A stretch of 64,000 bases of DNA, taken from contig NC_042998.1 in assembly GCF_006345805.1 (NCBI RefSeq), positions 8,184,001 to 8,248,000 of the forward strand. Direction: 5' to 3'. This DNA comes from Octopus sinensis. Its lineage: Eukaryota. Positions 1 through 12,344 of this stretch are shown here, one piece after another (the stretch's first letter is position 1; each line of letters opens with the position of its first letter). The translations under genes were made by a program, and so were the position numbers. Under the pieces are notes generated by a model, which had not been told where the DNA came from, ran no database searches, and was given only the letters and a program-made list of their open reading frames with translations.

Positions 1-1090
1 TAGTGGTAGGAATATGGCTGCCGTGAGCATTCCGAATGACCGTCGAATCAAGAACAGAATTCCGCGTGCTTTGTTGGCAGCATGGACGCACTGGGCCGAA
101 GGCGAAAAGGAGGAATCCACCAAGATACCCAGGTCCTTTACCTGATCGGTCCTCTCCAGCAACAGACGACCCGGCTCGAAATCAAGTTGAGTTGCAGGAG
201 TAGAGCCGACAGGCAGATGACAGCACTTTGACACGTTCAGACACAGGTCCCAATCGTTAGACCACTTCCAAATTTGGTGGAGGCATCGACGAAGATTCTC
301 TATATTACCGCGAGGAGCGACCAGTTTGATATCGTCGGCAAATAGAAGGGTGTGTTGCGTGAGGTCGTCGGGCAAGTCATTTATGAAGACTAAGAACAAC
401 AAGGGCCCAAGCACTGAACCTTGAGGCACGCCACTGCTCGCACTGGAGACGTCGGACCGCGAACCATTAACTTGGACTTGGAAGGAGCGATCTGAGAGGA
501 AGGCACCAACCCATCGTCCAATATCCGGATGGAAACTATATGCTTGAAGCTTGACAAGTAATAGGCGGTGGTTTACCGAGTCAAAAGCTTTGGCAAAGTC
601 CAATAAAACGATGTCAACAGCATCACTATCATCGAGGATGCGCGTCACCAATTCTTCCATTACTAGTAAGTTGGTCAAGCATGATCTCTTCGGCACGAAG
701 CCGTGTTGGGAATCAGAGATAGAAGCTGTGTTTAGGAGGTGGAGCATCATACTTTTCTTAAGGATGGTTTCGAACATCTTGCTGATTATTGATGTAAGGG
801 AAACCGGTCGGTAGTTAAGCGGGTCTTCGCGGCTCCCTTTCTTGAAAATTGGGCAGATTATCGCTGTTCTCCAGTCTGCAGGTATAACACCCGTCGCCAA
901 TGACATATTGAATAGTCGTGTTAAGGGCTCGCAGATGACCGGAGCCAATGCTTTGATAACCCGTGGGTGTATGCCGTCAGGGCCGTGACCCTTGTTGACA
1001 TCGAGGCCTTGAATAACACGTTTGACTTCGTCCCGCGTGATGACCAATCGAAGCATTGGAGGTACCGATCTATCAAATGGAGGGGGTTCA
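1..1090 (-). pseudogene. LINE ORF2 reverse transcriptase domain (partial, open to the window edge)
   Basis: Manual translation: GPDGIHPRVIK...NYRPVSLTSIISKMFE...DFAKAFDSVNH...GVPQGSVLGPLLFLVFINDL...LFADDIKL. Absent from the ORF track, probably because it has no stop inside the window. Confidence 0.88.
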
Positions 1091-1309
1091 CGACATCATC
1101 TTGTTTGAAAATAGTTGAAAAAGCCTCGGCAAATAATTGACTCTGTTGATAAGGGTCCTCAATCGATACGCCTGTTGAGTCTACCAACGTTGCAATCTGG
1201 TTGTTCAAGCGGGAATTCCGCTGGACATGGGCAAAGAAGGTTTTTGGATTGCTACTGGCATTTGCCGCGATTTTGTATTCATAACTGAAGCGTTCTTTCT
1301 TTTCAATTT

Positions 1310-2428
1310 TCACGGCTCGGTCTCGTTGAGTTTTGTACACCTCAAAAGCTGCAGTCGAATCCAGATTTTTGAATTCAGCCCAAGCATATCTCTGAGTCGA
1401 CGTTCTCGTTTAACTTTCTTCGTCACCCAGGGCTTGTGTTTCTTCCTCTTGGGAAGCCCAACGGGAACTGCCTGGTCAGTCAAACAGATTACATATGCTT
1501 TGAGGGATGACCATAGTTCGTCAACTGAGGACAACGTCATCAGGGATCGCCAGTCCAGAAGCGCGGAAGCCTCGGTTAGAATTTCAAGATTAATTGCAGA
1601 GAAGACTCTACGTGGCAGCGAAGTAGTCGTGGGCGTAGAAAAAGTTGTGTGCATGACGAACTTCAGGACCGCATGATCACTCTTGGCAAGAGGGGCGCAC
1701 ACAGATACGTCTGACACTGATCTTGGATAGCGGGAGAATACCAGATCCAGCATAGATGGCTGCTGCCCAGACCGATGCCTTGTCGGATATTCAACATGTT
1801 GCGATAGAAAACAATCTTCAGCCACGTCAAGAAGGGCCTGGCCAAACCGGGAAGATGTTGTACAAATTGATGCGGGCCAATCGATCGTGGAAGCGTTGAA
1901 GTCTCCTAGTACCAAACAGTCATGCGAAGCTGAAACGAATCTTATCGCTTCGAGTAAATGAGCATCGTCCTGGGGGTCGGCAAGGGGCGGCCTGTAGACA
2001 GCCAACACGGGCAGGCAAAACTCAGATAGGCTCAGCTTGCAATAGACGGCATCGAATTTTGTTGTAGGTTGAGCATTAGTGGGTAGAATACCGCTGGACG
2101 GTTTGTGCTCAGACTTAACATACACAGCAACACCTCCACCTCGCCTTTTTCCTCTGTCACATCTGAAAAGGACGTAGCCCTGCAGGTGGATTTCTGAGTC
2201 CTTTACTGCTGGAGTCAGCCAAGTCTCGGTGATAGCTATCACATCAGGGGAGTCACGTATGGCCAGTGTAAATAGTTCACTGAACTTTGGGAATAAGGAG
2301 CACGAGTTGGTGTAGACTATGCTGAGCTGTGAAGTCTGGGGGGCGGGAGTTGGGGAACAAGCAGAATAAGGGGTATCAGAGATAGCATCGTTGACGGGGG
2401 TATCAACTTCACTTCGATTTGCCCTCAC
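1310..2428 (-). pseudogene. LINE ORF2 N-terminal apurinic-type endonuclease domain
   Basis: 372-aa ORF containing the APE catalytic motifs listed above; frameshifted from the downstream RT frame. Confidence 0.88.
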
Positions 2429-4187
2429 ATCACTTTCCCTGTCAGCACTACAGCATGGGACCAGAGGTAGGACTTGATTATCTGCCCATCTTGGATTCGT
2501 AAACCCTTCTCTCCCATTTGTTTACTCATCTTTAGTTCGGATATTAGGTTTCTCCGACGAATTCTCTCTCTTAGTGAGTATTCCTCGCGAAAACCCATAT
2601 TGGGGTCCTCCCAGGCATGCGTCTGAGCTCTGTTCAGAAAGACTGAAGCCTCCCGAACTCACACTAAAAGACTCTGAGATAAGTAATAGAATTAACAATT
2701 AGGCTTTATATGATAATTATCATTTCTTATATTAAAAGAAAGTTAAAATCTCGTGCGAGATAGATATAGCTGATAGAGCGAACAACAGTTCATATTTGGT
2801 ATTCATTTTATCAACCATAGAGGAAAGGAATTCAGTTGAATACCCTACAAATTCTACCGTTCCACCACCTTTATGAAGCGAATAATTAGATACAGTAATT
2901 ATAAGAAAAAAGGAAACATTAGCTTATGATAACTTAAGCTGATAGCATCTGCAATATGATATGAAGGAAAAACATCTCCTTGCCTCTCGTGCATATTTTA
3001 TACAAAAAATATTGCTCCATTTTCTTCACTGGAGACTATTTGGTGTCTAGATTCACAAATACATTAATATTTGATAGTATCTTATCACCGGTGCTTAAGT
3101 GTAAATATATACCAATTCAGCATTGAAACAGTGTATAACTGACGAGAATTTCAGTTTACTGAAATACCCAAAACTGAAATTATTAATTTTAGAGAAAGCA
3201 GGGGCACTTCAATGAAATAAAAGTATATGAAATACATAAATATGTATTTAAAAAGGAGTATTTTTCTCATCTGAACACAAACATTGATATCTGAGACGGT
3301 ATCCTGAAACGATAGGATCCGGCCTCTGGTCCAAAGGCAAACTCTTTTCTTCTTTTTCTACCGCAGTTATAATGTCCTCTGCTCTTTGGAGTTATCTTGG
3401 CTCATACCCACTCCACTCTCGTACCAGCTCCATTCGTCTCTGCTTCAGCATTCACATACCCGCAGGTCCCATATTTATCACTACACTCAGTTCTCCCATT
3501 CCAGAACTACTGTTCCCAGGAATTCATTCCTTGCTCATATCTTTCCAGCAGAAGAGATGTGTTGACTTACAAATGTTCAAGAGAAATATTAATGGTAGCA
3601 ATCTTACAGATCTAGGAGTGCTTGCAAAGGCCATAAGAATTGCTCCTTCCTAAGACATTAAAAATAATACGATGTCGCTAGGGAGTTTTCAATAATACGA
3701 TGTATTATGAGACAAATAAACTGAAATAGATAAAAGAAATATTACAATAAAATTCATTGTGTTAAGTACTAAAATGTGTACTTATCCAGTTCACCAACTG
3801 ATCAATGTTATATATAGTAAATACTGTTTAAATATGCATGATGCTAGCTAAACTAGATTATAAATAAAACGAAAAAGTATTTTAAGTATTTTCTATTTAA
3901 TTAAGACGCTTGATTACGGGGCAAAATTTTAAATTTGCATTATAGTTTCTGGATTTATATGCACAAAACAGCTTACTCTTTAAGCTGTTGTTACTTGGTT
4001 AATCTCTCTTGTGACATCTCCACGATATATCAAGTTGGGTTGCATCCTGTCGCCATTTTATTCCTCCCATTTGTAGGTGAGCTGCAAACATTTTATTTGT
4101 TAACTTTAATTTTCATTTCTTGTTAGAAATAGCCATCAAATATTATATTAAATAAATAGCCAACAAAGATACGGTGACAACTATATT

Positions 4188-4530
4188 CGATTTTTTATTA
4201 CCCACATGGGGCGAACATAGAGGGGACAATACAATATGATGTGGGGTCAGACTTTCGAATGGGATTACAAAAAAATGAATTTAAAAATTTACAAAAATAC
4301 GAAAATATGAAGAAATCGAATGAAGAACAGACCGGAAGACATTACGGATGGAGTGGGGGCGGGTTTAGCTCGGACCCCACGAGCCCCGCCTCACCACTGA
4401 TACTTTGGTTTTCGTCTTGTTTTACACTTATATGGTATCATCCACTCGCAACTTTCGTGCTACATCCTTCCATCGTTCTTCATACACTTTCTTAGGTATT
4501 TTCTCTCCAGCCCTATCTTCCTTTTCAGGT
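4188..4530 (-). mobile_element. 343-bp retroposed insertion with a 20-bp target-site duplication
   Basis: Exact direct repeat GATACGGTGACAACTATATT at 4168-4187 and 4531-4550. The minus-strand 3' end resembles the SINE family B tail. Confidence 0.65.
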
Positions 4531-6262
4531 GATACGGTGACAACTATATTAGTTAATAAATACAATTGCTATGTATATTTAATTATTTCATGCTTTTTCT
4601 CATTAAAAGACAATTAAAATGATTTAATATAATTTGAATGTACCAACTGAAATAAAACAAAACAAAATTCTAAAACATCTTTTACCGAATAATTCACTTC
4701 CTAGTCCAGTAAATGTGAAATATTTAAAAATTAACTCATATTACTCGCGTTTATAATTTGAACTTAAATTTACAGAAAAAAGCGAACTCAATACTATGAA
4801 TCAACAAAATTCTAACTTTAGAATGTTACTGTACTTCAAATGCATGGTTGTATATTTATGAGGCCTGCTACGTAACTACGTGGCTGGAGGTTCAAAGGCT
4901 TTGGCAGCAACCCACATAAGCAAGTGTGAGCTATCGGATACTCGATTCAACGAAGGCATAGTGACCGAAATTCAGTAGGTAAAAAGCCTACGAAATCCTG
5001 TTGGAAGAACCGCTCCCCACTTTTTTTGTTGTTGTGGAGTAGGCTTACCTCACTTAACTTAACACCACCGTCTGCCCGATTAATACCTTTGGCAACATCC
5101 TTTCTGATGCAAGCATTCGGAACAGGCCTCCTACTTAATGATAACTATATCAGAAGACCTATCTGACAAAGATTATAGTTACTCCTCTTCTTCACCTGAC
5201 AGACCCATAAATAAATGATAAATAAAAATATCAAATATGCATTTCAGTGAGAGTATACGAACCATCAACTACTTATCAACTGTTTGCCAGATATCCTATC
5301 GATATGACAACTTACTGATGTTTTTGAAATTCAGTTTATTCACTTCTCCAATGTATAGACGTCTATCTTTACGTACAGAAAAAAAAGCAGAAAAGCATTT
5401 ATGTTTGTTTCATAAACTGCATGAGAAAAAAGCAATTTTTCAGCACAGCAAATGAGCAAAAGAATGCACAAATTCTTACGGAATATAGAATTAAAAGTGT
5501 GGATAATCTCACCATATATTCTGAATTAGTGCTACATAGAAACAGCAACGCTTTGAATTAACTGATGTCATTCCTTATTAAATCTCGCTGTAAATAACCT
5601 AAGTTCAAACCGTTTAAAATATATGTTTTGAACATTAGCTGCTGTACATATCATGTGAAATGTCAACAACCGTCTGACTGAGTGATATTTTGAACGACCT
5701 AAAAACATTTATCGAAATTCTAGCAAGTATAGAACCCTTGCTTGGTGAGATAAAGTATATTCAATAAGGGGAAATACCCATTTACATGATTTCAATTTAC
5801 ATACAATATTTTCACGAAATGGAATCATAAAGAGCAAATTTTAGATGAAATTAAAAAAGCGAAAATGGAAGCTTTACTCAGTTCTATAGATAACAGATAA
5901 AATTTAGACTGTGATTAATACGAAACTAAGATAAGTGTAAGCATGTGGAAAACTTGACTTCGGAGATGTAAATAGTTTTAAAGAATTACCAGAGGTACTA
6001 GAGGAAGGATAGCTACTTTATCTGGAATAGATATTTTGGAAAATTACCGAAATTACAGAAGAATTTCGTAAAGTATTACGACATTATAGAGAAACAATTG
6101 GTAACAAACCGTAGTTTGACATAAAGCTAAATATTAAACAAATGTTCACAGACATTCTATGATTTAACTAGTAAATTAATGAGAAATATTAACAAATTAA
6201 GGGATCATTATGGTAAAATGTGAATTGTCTCGCAATCAAGACTGGTTTATATAAACTGGGAT

Positions 6263-6648
6263 GGAAGCACTCCGTCGGTTACGACGACGAGGGTTCCGGT
6301 TGATCCGAATCAACGGAACAGCCTACTCGTGAAATTAACGTGTAAGTGGCTGAGCACTCCACAGACACGTGTACCCTTAACGTAGTTCTTGGGGATATTC
6401 AGCGTGACACAGAGAGTGACAAGGCCGGCCCTTGTGAAATACAGGTACAACAGAAACAGGAAGTAAGGGTGAGAGAAAGTTGTGGTGAAAGAGTACAGCA
6501 GGGATCACCACCATCCCCTGCCGGAGCTTCGTGGAGCTTTTATGTGTTTTCGCTCAATAAACACTCACAACGCCCGGTCTGGGAATCGAAACCGCGATCC
6601 TATGACCGCGAGTCCGCTGCCCTAACCACTGGGCCATTGCGCCTCCAC
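6263..6648 (-). mobile_element. tRNA-derived SINE, family A (~390 bp)
   Basis: tRNA-like head with A box (TGGCCCAGTGG) and B box (GTTTCGATTCC). TSD TTATATAAACT at 6247-6257 and 6649-6659. Near-identical to 8856-9231 and 18830-19210. Confidence 0.9.
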
Positions 6649-6904
6649 TTATATAAACTAATACTAGTCTGAATGGCAGGCGGCAAACAAGAAATTCATA
6701 AAGATGAAAAATAACTCACATTACGATTATTGTCTTCTAAATGTTTTTATTAACGCCGTTATTTATTGTTCTATCTCGAGAAATTACAATGGATTTCTTT
6801 TATTTGTTAAAATATGAAGAATTAAAATACGTATAATAGTTCTTTCTACTATTCGCACAAGGCCTGACATTTTGATGGGCCAGGGGCTTAGTTGATTACA
6901 TCAA

Positions 6905-7240
6905 CCTCAGTGCTTAGCGGTATTTCGTCTGCCGTTACGTTCTGAGTTCAAATTTCGCCAAGGTCGACTTTGCCTTTCATCCTTTCGGGGTCGATTAAAT
7001 AAGTACCAGTTACGGACTGGGGTCGATATAATCGACTTAATCCGTTTGTCTGTCCTTGTTTGTCCCCTCTGTGTTTAGCCCCTTGTGAGTAGTAAAGAAA
7101 TAGGTATTTATTTTATCGATACCGAAAGGATGAAAGGCAAAGTCAACCTAGGCGGAGTTTGAACTCAGATTGTAAAGACTGACAAAATCCACTAAACATT
7201 TTGTCCGGCCTGTTAATGATTCTACAGCTCACCGCCTTTA
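6905..7240. mobile_element. SINE family B fragments, forward copy followed by an inverted copy
   Basis: Shared core GTTCTGAGTTCAAAT..GGTCGACTTTGCCTTTCATCCTTTCGGGGTCG forward at ~6905-7105 and reverse at ~7105-7240. Confidence 0.75.
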
Positions 7241-7993
7241 AAACACGTGTAATAATAGGTAGCGTATCAGTACAGAAAAAATGACTTTTTACTTAACATG
7301 ATTTCAGAGTCACAATAAAGTCTTTCGATGAGACGATTTAATATTCCATTATAAAGGGACGCGAAGTCCAAAGATCGAGATTGTGAGTCAAGTTCCTTGA
7401 TCAAGTTTGTAACCTAGTTTTTCTTTTTATTCTTTTCTCTGTCTATTTTTTTTTTCTTTTTAAAGTGCACACAATGCTCTTATGAAATTTCCACATTCCT
7501 AAAATATAAAACTCTTTTTTATGTCAACTCAAAAATAAACAATGCTTCTCTATTAAGATTATGTGATGTGGAACAAGGAGTGAATTTCCAGACAACGCAG
7601 CCCGTGATATGATTATGATCCCCAGTTAAAATCATGGCACTTGACTTAAGCTGATATTTCTAGCATCAGCGCCACAACTTCACAATTCTCTTACCTTCAA
7701 AAGACAAGATATTTGTGTTTAGTCAAAACCGAATCCGCAATTCGACTTCTTTCAAGGAGTTTCTTTTTTTCCATTACAGACTACATGTTTAAATGTCTTA
7801 GCTGATATGTTATTAAATAGAATTATGTTTCGTGCTATTAACTTTAATTTAAGAGGTAAAAGAAACACTTTAAGTTACATTCACATCTACGTGTAAATAG
7901 CAAAAATATTTCATCTGTAATGATAAAGTTAATAGCCCAAGAAATTAATATCTTATTCTTCATTGTTGATCTACAACTAGTATCTAACAAAGC

Positions 7994-8390
7994 AAAGGCG
8001 GCGAGCTGGCAGAATTGTTAGCATGCCGGGCGAAATGCTCAGTGGTATTTCGTCTGCCGTTACGTTCTGAGTTCAAATTCCGCCGAGGTCGACTTTGCTT
8101 TTCATCCTTTCGGGGTCGATTAAATAAGTAGCAGTTACGCACAAGGGTCGATATAATCGACTTAATCCGTTTGTCTGTCCTTGTTTGGCCCTTCTGTATT
8201 TAGCCCCTTGTGGGTAGTAAAGAAATAGGTATTTTGTCAGCCGTTACGTTCTGAGTTCAAATTCCGCCGAGGTCGACTTTGCCTTTCATCCTTTTGGAGT
8301 CGATTAAATAAGTACCAGTTACGCACTGGAGACGATCTAATCGACTGGCCTCCTCCCCGCAAAAGTTCGGGCCTTATGCCTAGAGTAGAA
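7994..8390 (+). mobile_element. SINE family B, full copy plus a tandem partial copy
   Basis: Head AAGGCGGCGAGCTGGCAGAA, B-box-like GAGTTCAAATTCC, core repeated at ~8050 and ~8240. Confidence 0.85.
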
Positions 8391-8638
8391 AAGAGTATTT
8401 AACAAAGCAAAAAAAAAAAAACGAAATGGAAGAAGACAAAAAAATAACTAAAATTAAGTAGTCGAAAAGAAAATAAAAGGAAATGGAAAGAATGTACGAA
8501 TAAAGCTTAAACCATCGAAGCAGTATTTCGAAACGATAAAACAGAGATGTCGAACGCAAAAGACGTAAATCCTTAAAATCCTTTAGCCAGAAGGCCGCGG
8601 CCATGCTGGGGCACCACCGCTAAAGAAGAAAAACAATC

Positions 8639-8722
8639 TGTCAGAAGTGGGATTCGAACCCACGCCCACATTCGTGGACCAGAACTTGAGTCTGGCGCCT
8701 TAGACCGCTCGGCCATCCTGAC
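8639..8722 (-). tRNA. tRNA-Leu-CAA: tRNA-Leu (anticodon CAA), intronless
   Basis: Minus strand reads GTCAGGATGGCCGAGCGGTCTAAGGCGCCAGACTCAAGTTCTGGTCCACGAATGTGGGCGTGGGTTCGAATCCCACTTCTGACA. Acceptor stem pairs, anticodon arm CCAGA-CTCAAGT-TCTGG, long variable arm, GTTCGAATCC T-loop. A T5 Pol III terminator lies just downstream (complement at 8629-8633). Confidence 0.96.
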
Positions 8723-8744
8723 AACTGCGAAAATAACAGTAATA

Positions 8745-8799
8745 ACGATAACATTATCTAAACGATAACATTATTTAACCGATAACATTATCTAAACGA
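8745..8799. repeat. 17-bp tandem repeat x3 upstream of the tRNA
   Basis: ACGATAACATTATCTAA / ACGATAACATTATTTAA / CCGATAACATTATCTAA. Confidence 0.85.
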
Positions 8800-8855
8800 A
8801 TCTAAATGACAGAGAGAGGAGAAATCGGAGTAAGACTATCGCTCGATTACTTTAG

Positions 8856-9231
8856 TGGAAGCACTCCGTCGGTTACGACGATGAGGGTTCCGGTTGATCC
8901 GAATCAACGGAACAGCCTCGTGAAATTAACGTGTAAGTGGCTGAGCACTCCACAGACACGTGCACCCTTAACGTAGTTCTCGGGGATATTCAGCGTGACA
9001 CAGAGAGTGACAAGGCCGGCCCTTTGAAATACAGGTACAACAGAAACAGGAAGTAAGAGAAAGTTGTGGTGAAAGAGTACAGCAGGGATCACCACCATCC
9101 CCTGTCGGAGCCTCGTGGAGCTCTAGGTGCTTTCGCTCAATAAACACTCACAACGCCCGGTCTGGGAATCGAAACCGCGATCCTACGACCGCGAGTCCGC
9201 TGCCCTAACCACTGGGCCATTGCGCCTCCAC
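8856..9231 (-). mobile_element. SINE family A
   Basis: Near-identical to 6263-6648. TSD CGCTCGATTACT at 8840-8851 and 9231-9242. Confidence 0.9.
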
Positions 9232-10223
9232 GCTCGATTACTAAGAGATTATGGAATACAGCGGCGAGATTATCACGATGTTTATATACTCATCACTAGA
9301 AGTAAGTCATTCTAATTTAGTTGTCAACAGAAAACCTCAGTCAAAACTCGTTACACCAAATCTGTTATGTAAGTCGTTTTATTGAGCTTCATCTAGTTTT
9401 GTACTTTTTGACCGGCATAACTCATTTCACTCATTGTAAGGAATATTCTTATGGACAAAATATGGGCTGCATTATATTTACTTTTAGAATGTCGTAACTT
9501 CGTATGATTCCTTAGAAATTGATGGAAAAAAAATCTTTCTCGGAGACTATTTCGTCCTTTGCACTGGAAATTTATCTACCAATAATGAATATCGAAACAT
9601 ACTGTCGAATCAGGATTTTATGAAGTATCGCAAAAAGAAAATTACTGTAGAATGACAGAAACAGTTAAATGCCTCACAACATTCGATTTCTCTTCAATGC
9701 TTTCTGATATCTTCCCCTGAGGTTTTCCGTAAAATATATAGAGAGTTCAATAAGCTCTATGAGTATATAATATGATCCACTAAACATATCTTCGAATTAT
9801 TTATTGGGTATGAAGCGATTTAGCTCGGCCGTTTTGGCGCTGCTTATTTGGCGTCGCTGATTCGAAGCTGACTTATCTATCAACTGTTTTAAGATTTCTC
9901 TCATTTTAAAGTTTCTCCCGTTCTCTTCGACTCTCCCACTCTCTCTCTCTCTTTTCTTCCTTCTCTATTACCTTTTATCTATCTTCACTCTCTTTTCTCT
10001 TCCCTCTCTCTTCCCTCTCTCTTCCTCTCACTTTTCTCCCCTCCTCTCTCTCTCCCCTCGAACATGTTTCTTTTTATGTGAATGAGATGAAGGAAATTAT
10101 GTCAAGTATATTCAATTAATAAATTGGATAAGGGATTAAGGGATACAGCGGCGAGATTATCAAGAGGTTTATGCACTCAACACTAGAAATCATATCAATT
10201 TAGTTGTCAACAGATAGCTTTAA

Positions 10224-10446
10224 CCCTTTCGTAACCAATCCGGTTGAAACAGGCTCTGTCTCTCTGTAGTACAAATGTCTTGTTTTCATAAGTTTTGAAT
10301 TAAAATCTTCCACCAAACCTTAGTCACAATCTATGTTCCTAACACTAGCTTAATGATAACTAAGTTGTTTTATTAAATTCTTTGTTATATATAAAGTAAT
10401 TGAAAGAAACACAGAGCATCTCAAAATAAATACAGTAACGAAAGGG
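10224..10446. mobile_element. piggyBac-type MITE
   Basis: TTAA (10220-10223) followed by TIR CCCTTTCGTAAC...GTAACGAAAGGG, then CTAA (degenerate TSD). The paralogous segment near 9320-9345 lacks the insert. Confidence 0.75.
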
Positions 10447-10745
10447 CTAATCAAGACTAGTTACACCTATTTCAATGATGTTAATAGTTTCATTGAGTTT
10501 CTTCTCGTTTTGTGCTTTGTCAATTATATACCACATTTCGTTCAGTGAAACGAATATCCATATTTGGAGAAAATATAGGACGCATTATATTTATTTTTAG
10601 AATGTTATAACTTCGTATAAACCCTTTAAAATTAATGGAAAGAATAATTTTCCATTAAAGACAATTTCGTGACTTGCACTGGAAGTTTATTTATGAATAA
10701 TGAATATAGAAACACAGTGTAGTTGAGTTAGGATTTTATGAGATA

Positions 10746-11145
10746 CTAGCAGTATCGCCCGGCGTTGCTCGGGTTTGTAAAGGAAATAACTATATAAGCA
10801 TTTTTAGAGAGTTATAGCCTAAAAATAGCAAAAAAATGCATTAAAAATGGGAAAAAAATGATGGTAAAGTTTTTTTTAAATCGTTGACTCATCGTAGACA
10901 TTTTTAGAGAGTTACTTCCCTTATATAATAGCGAAAAAATGAATTAAAATGGAAAAAATGATGGTAATCTTTTTTAAAAATCGTAGACTCATCGTAGACG
11001 CGCGCTAATACCCAGAAGGGCTCGATATGGATCACGACTATAAGATACCCGGTTTTGGTTAAACTGCAACGCAAAATGTGGGAGTAGTTAGGAATCTAAA
11101 TCGTAGGAGACAGACGGCACACAACCTCTCTTTTATATATAAAGA
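10746..11145 (-). mobile_element. non-autonomous Helitron
   Basis: On the minus strand it begins TC after an A, ends CTAG before a T, and has a subterminal hairpin CCCGAGCAACGCCGGG. A second copy is at 29007-29405. Confidence 0.8.
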
Positions 11146-12132
11146 TTACGATAAAGAAAGACTGTGGAGTGACAGAAATGGTAAACTGCCAAAATAGCTA
11201 CCACAATTTCTTCACTGTAGTTTCTGTTATCTACTCTTCAGGCTTTCACTAAATACACCAGGTTCAATAGGCTCAATTAATGTATATTAAGGTCCTCTAT
11301 ATACCTCTTTTAAACATTTATAGAGCTGGGGCGCTTTGGCTCGGCTTTTCTGGTGCTACTTTTTCCACGCTGATTCATTTGACACCAGAAGTCCTAACAT
11401 TTCTGCCATTTTAACGTTTCTCTTATTCCCTTCCGCGCTCTCTATTTTCCTCTTTCTCTCTCTCTCTCTCTCTTATGATCCCTCTTTATACTTTCCCTTT
11501 TTCTCGCCTTCCTTTCCTCTTCTCTCTCTCCTCTCTGTCTTCCATCCTCTTTCTTCTCTCTTCTCTCTCCCTCTCTCTTTTTGTTTATGTGTCAGCATAT
11601 TTCTCTCCATTTGTATGAGGAGACAGAGATTGGGTCTATGACAATTGCATTCAATTAATGCTTCTTTCTCACTCTCTCACTTACCCTATGTGCATTATGT
11701 GTGCGTGTGTACGTGTGCGTGTGTGTTTACGTACGTGATACGTTCTAGTGCCACATAGTATTGTCACTAAGCGAACTAAATGTCCAGTCAGCGGTGTCAA
11801 ATCGTCTGCGTCCAAGTAACTGCGCTATGTCATCTCATCCCGACATTTGTAGCCTTCTACCGACCTTTGAGTACGCTGATTGTCTTAGGTTTCCATTTTA
11901 TTATAATATTTCTTCCATTGAGAAATAATTGTAACGTAATCCTATCGCAATTTGCAGTTGATGTCGACACTTAGAAAATTATTAATTATAAACTCACTAT
12001 GGGTTCTGTCCATATGGAGCCTTCAGATGCAACTAATATTACAAAGATAGTAAAGACGCATCGCAAACTGAGTAACTTTATCCATTTCAAAATGAATATA
12101 AAATAAGATATTCATAAACAAACATGCATATA

Positions 12133-12231
<99 letters not shown>

Positions 12232-12285
12232 ATGATGTATATTTATATACTATACGTATGATATATGTATGTATATATATATGTA

Positions 12286-12319
<34 letters not shown>

Positions 12320-12344
12320 TGTATGTGTATATATTTGTGTGTCT

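Larger units (their letters stand above)
1..2665 (-). mobile_element. CR1/L2-type (APE-bearing) LINE, 5'-truncated, runs off the left edge
   Basis: Minus-strand translation gives an APE endonuclease (ITETWL, YRPP, GDFN, LDLVF, SDH; ORF 1310-2428) and then an RT (NYRPVSLTS, QHGF, DFAKAFDSV, GVPQGSVLGPLLF, LFADD). Frameshifts lie near 1340 and 1090. An ORF1-like C-terminus (RRRNLISELKMSKQMGEKGLRIQDGQII) is at ~2430-2600. Confidence 0.93.

Noticed and set aside
1227-1676. Plus-strand ORFs overlapping the LINEs (also 52231-54641 and 55369-55809)
   Set aside because: Antisense or shadow frames of LINE ORF2.
3139-3180. CTGACGA followed by an ATTTCAG/CTGAAAT hairpin, hammerhead-like
   Set aside because: GAAA is replaced by AAAA, and no stem III or stem I partner can be found. 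At best a dead relic.
5760-6230. Purine-rich, coding-looking stretch (EQILDEIKKAKMEALLSS...)
   Set aside because: Multiple stops in all frames and no recognisable motif.
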